Below, piece after piece: positions 26,437 to 27,133 of a stretch of DNA of 27,133 bases. The position numbers were made by a program, and so were the translations under genes. Every line of letters starts with the position of its first letter. The stretch's first letter is position 1. The DNA is taken from the IMG/VR virus record IMGVR_UViG_3300030119_000664, positions 1 through 27,133 of that record; one strand, given 5' to 3'. The notes beneath the pieces are model-generated. The model ran no database searches. It saw only the letters and a list, made by a program, of their open reading frames with translations, and was not told where the DNA came from. The DNA comes from a virus (Duplodnaviria; Caudoviricetes).

Positions 26437-26449
26437 GTCGGATATGGAC
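26437..26449 (-). promoter_or_regulatory. Copy of the operator-like motif between the tRNA/att and the integrase
   Basis: Minus-strand (TT)GTCCATATCCGAC. Confidence 0.55.
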
Positions 26450-26507
26450 AACCTACCAGAAAACTAAGGGGATTTGGCACCTATTTGCACAGCTTGGCAA
26501 GGGTGGT

Positions 26508-26599
26508 TGGCGGAGACGGAGGGATTCGAACCCTCGATACCCGTTACCAGGTATGGCTCCTTAGCAGGGAGCTGGTTTCAGCCACTCACCCACGTCTCC
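26508..26599 (-). tRNA. tRNA-Ser (anticodon GCT); prophage attachment site
   Basis: Acceptor stem GGAGACG/CGTCTCC, discriminator G, encoded CCA, anticodon arm GCTCC-CTGCTAA-GGAGC, long variable arm and GGTTCGAATCC T-loop. Confidence 0.97.
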
Positions 26600-26639
26600 G
26601 CATGTCGCATGGTCCGGCGCTGCCGGTTGCGAGGGGCGC

Positions 26640-26668
26640 GCTATAGCCACGGTATCCCGGCCCATCAA
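26640..26668 (-). promoter_or_regulatory. tRNA promoter
   Basis: Minus-strand TTGATG-17 bp-TATAGC followed by a GC-rich discriminator. Confidence 0.65.
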
Positions 26669-26831
26669 GGGGAGTTTTGCGGCAAGGCTGCGGACACCGC
26701 CCGACCCCCGAAACGACTCGCTTCGCCGCATTTCCGATTCGGTTCATCGCCGTTTCATTGCCGGGGCGCTCAAAGGGGATTCTTCTCACGGCGCAGCTGT
26801 CTGCGCCAGCGCCGCCGACACGGAGGGATCG

Positions 26832-27133
26832 ATGACCACATTCACACGCAACTGGCCGCGCCTTGGCCTTGCGCTCGCCGCTTTCGGCCTCGCCGCCGCC
26901 CCGCTGGCCGCACAGGTTGAGACGATCGATCCGAACAATGCGATCGATGGCGACCTCGTCGAACAGCCGGGCGACCAGCCGGTCTATGGAGAGCCGGCGC
27001 CGACGCCGAACTACACACCCGCGCCGCAGGCGGCCGCGCCCGCCGAGGGCCCGGCGGAAACCTATGCCGACCAGCCGCAATGGTCCGAGCAATCGGCCGA
27101 ACAGGCCGCGGGCGAAGCGGTTGACGGCGCCGG
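26832..27133 (+). CDS. Host exported protein, N-terminal part (possibly DUF1134/EipA family; 3' truncated)
   Basis: GGAGG SD and a signal peptide ending PLAA, then QVETIDPNNAIDGDL and a Pro/Ala/Glu-rich linker. The family guess is from recollection only. Confidence 0.7.
   Translation, partial: MTTFTRNWPRLGLALAAFGLAAAPLAAQVETIDPNNAIDGDLVEQPGDQPVYGEPAPTPNYTPAPQAAAPAEGPAETYADQPQWSEQSAEQAAGEAVDGA

Larger units (their letters stand above)
1..26507. mobile_element. Prophage, right arm (left end lies outside the window), integrated at the tRNA-Ser 3' end
   Basis: Co-oriented, tightly coupled tail, lysis and ejection genes plus a giant polyvalent gene, followed by a P4-type integrase lying about 160 bp from a tRNA 3' end. 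Host-type sequence resumes beyond the tRNA. Confidence 0.93.

Noticed and set aside
26407-26920. ORFs spanning the tRNA (26407-26646, 26474-26920, 26586-27092)
   Set aside because: They overlap the tRNA, its promoter or the real host gene and are spurious.

Overview
This window is the right-hand end of a temperate, podovirus-like prophage in a GC-rich alphaproteobacterium (probably a sphingomonad; inferred from gene style). It is integrated at the 3' end of tRNA-Ser(GCT), next to a P4-family tyrosine integrase. The gene order is: tail fibre/tailspike genes, a lysis cassette (membrane proteins, GH24 endolysin, overlapping spanins), an ejection/DNA-transfer operon with a GNAT-like gene and one gene split by an in-frame TAG, and a 5300-aa polyvalent protein. 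That protein shows motifs for an M15 peptidase, ddrB-like ParB, an RMF-like domain, RelA/SpoT, a DarB-type N6-methyltransferase plus SF2 helicase, LPD3/BECR, an HEXXH peptidase, an ADP-ribosyltransferase and LPD38. The most unusual feature is a second layer of information inside the giant gene. Four inter-domain linkers each carry their own sigma70-like promoter. These point at two +1-frame overprinted genes, an antisense leaderless gene right after the RelA/SpoT domain, and an antisense structured RNA right after the predicted RNase domain. They are candidate built-in antidotes for the toxic domains. A 13-bp operator-like motif (GTCCAWWTCSGAC) also recurs five times, mostly at regulatory positions. 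All domain calls are by-eye motif recognition; no database searches were run.
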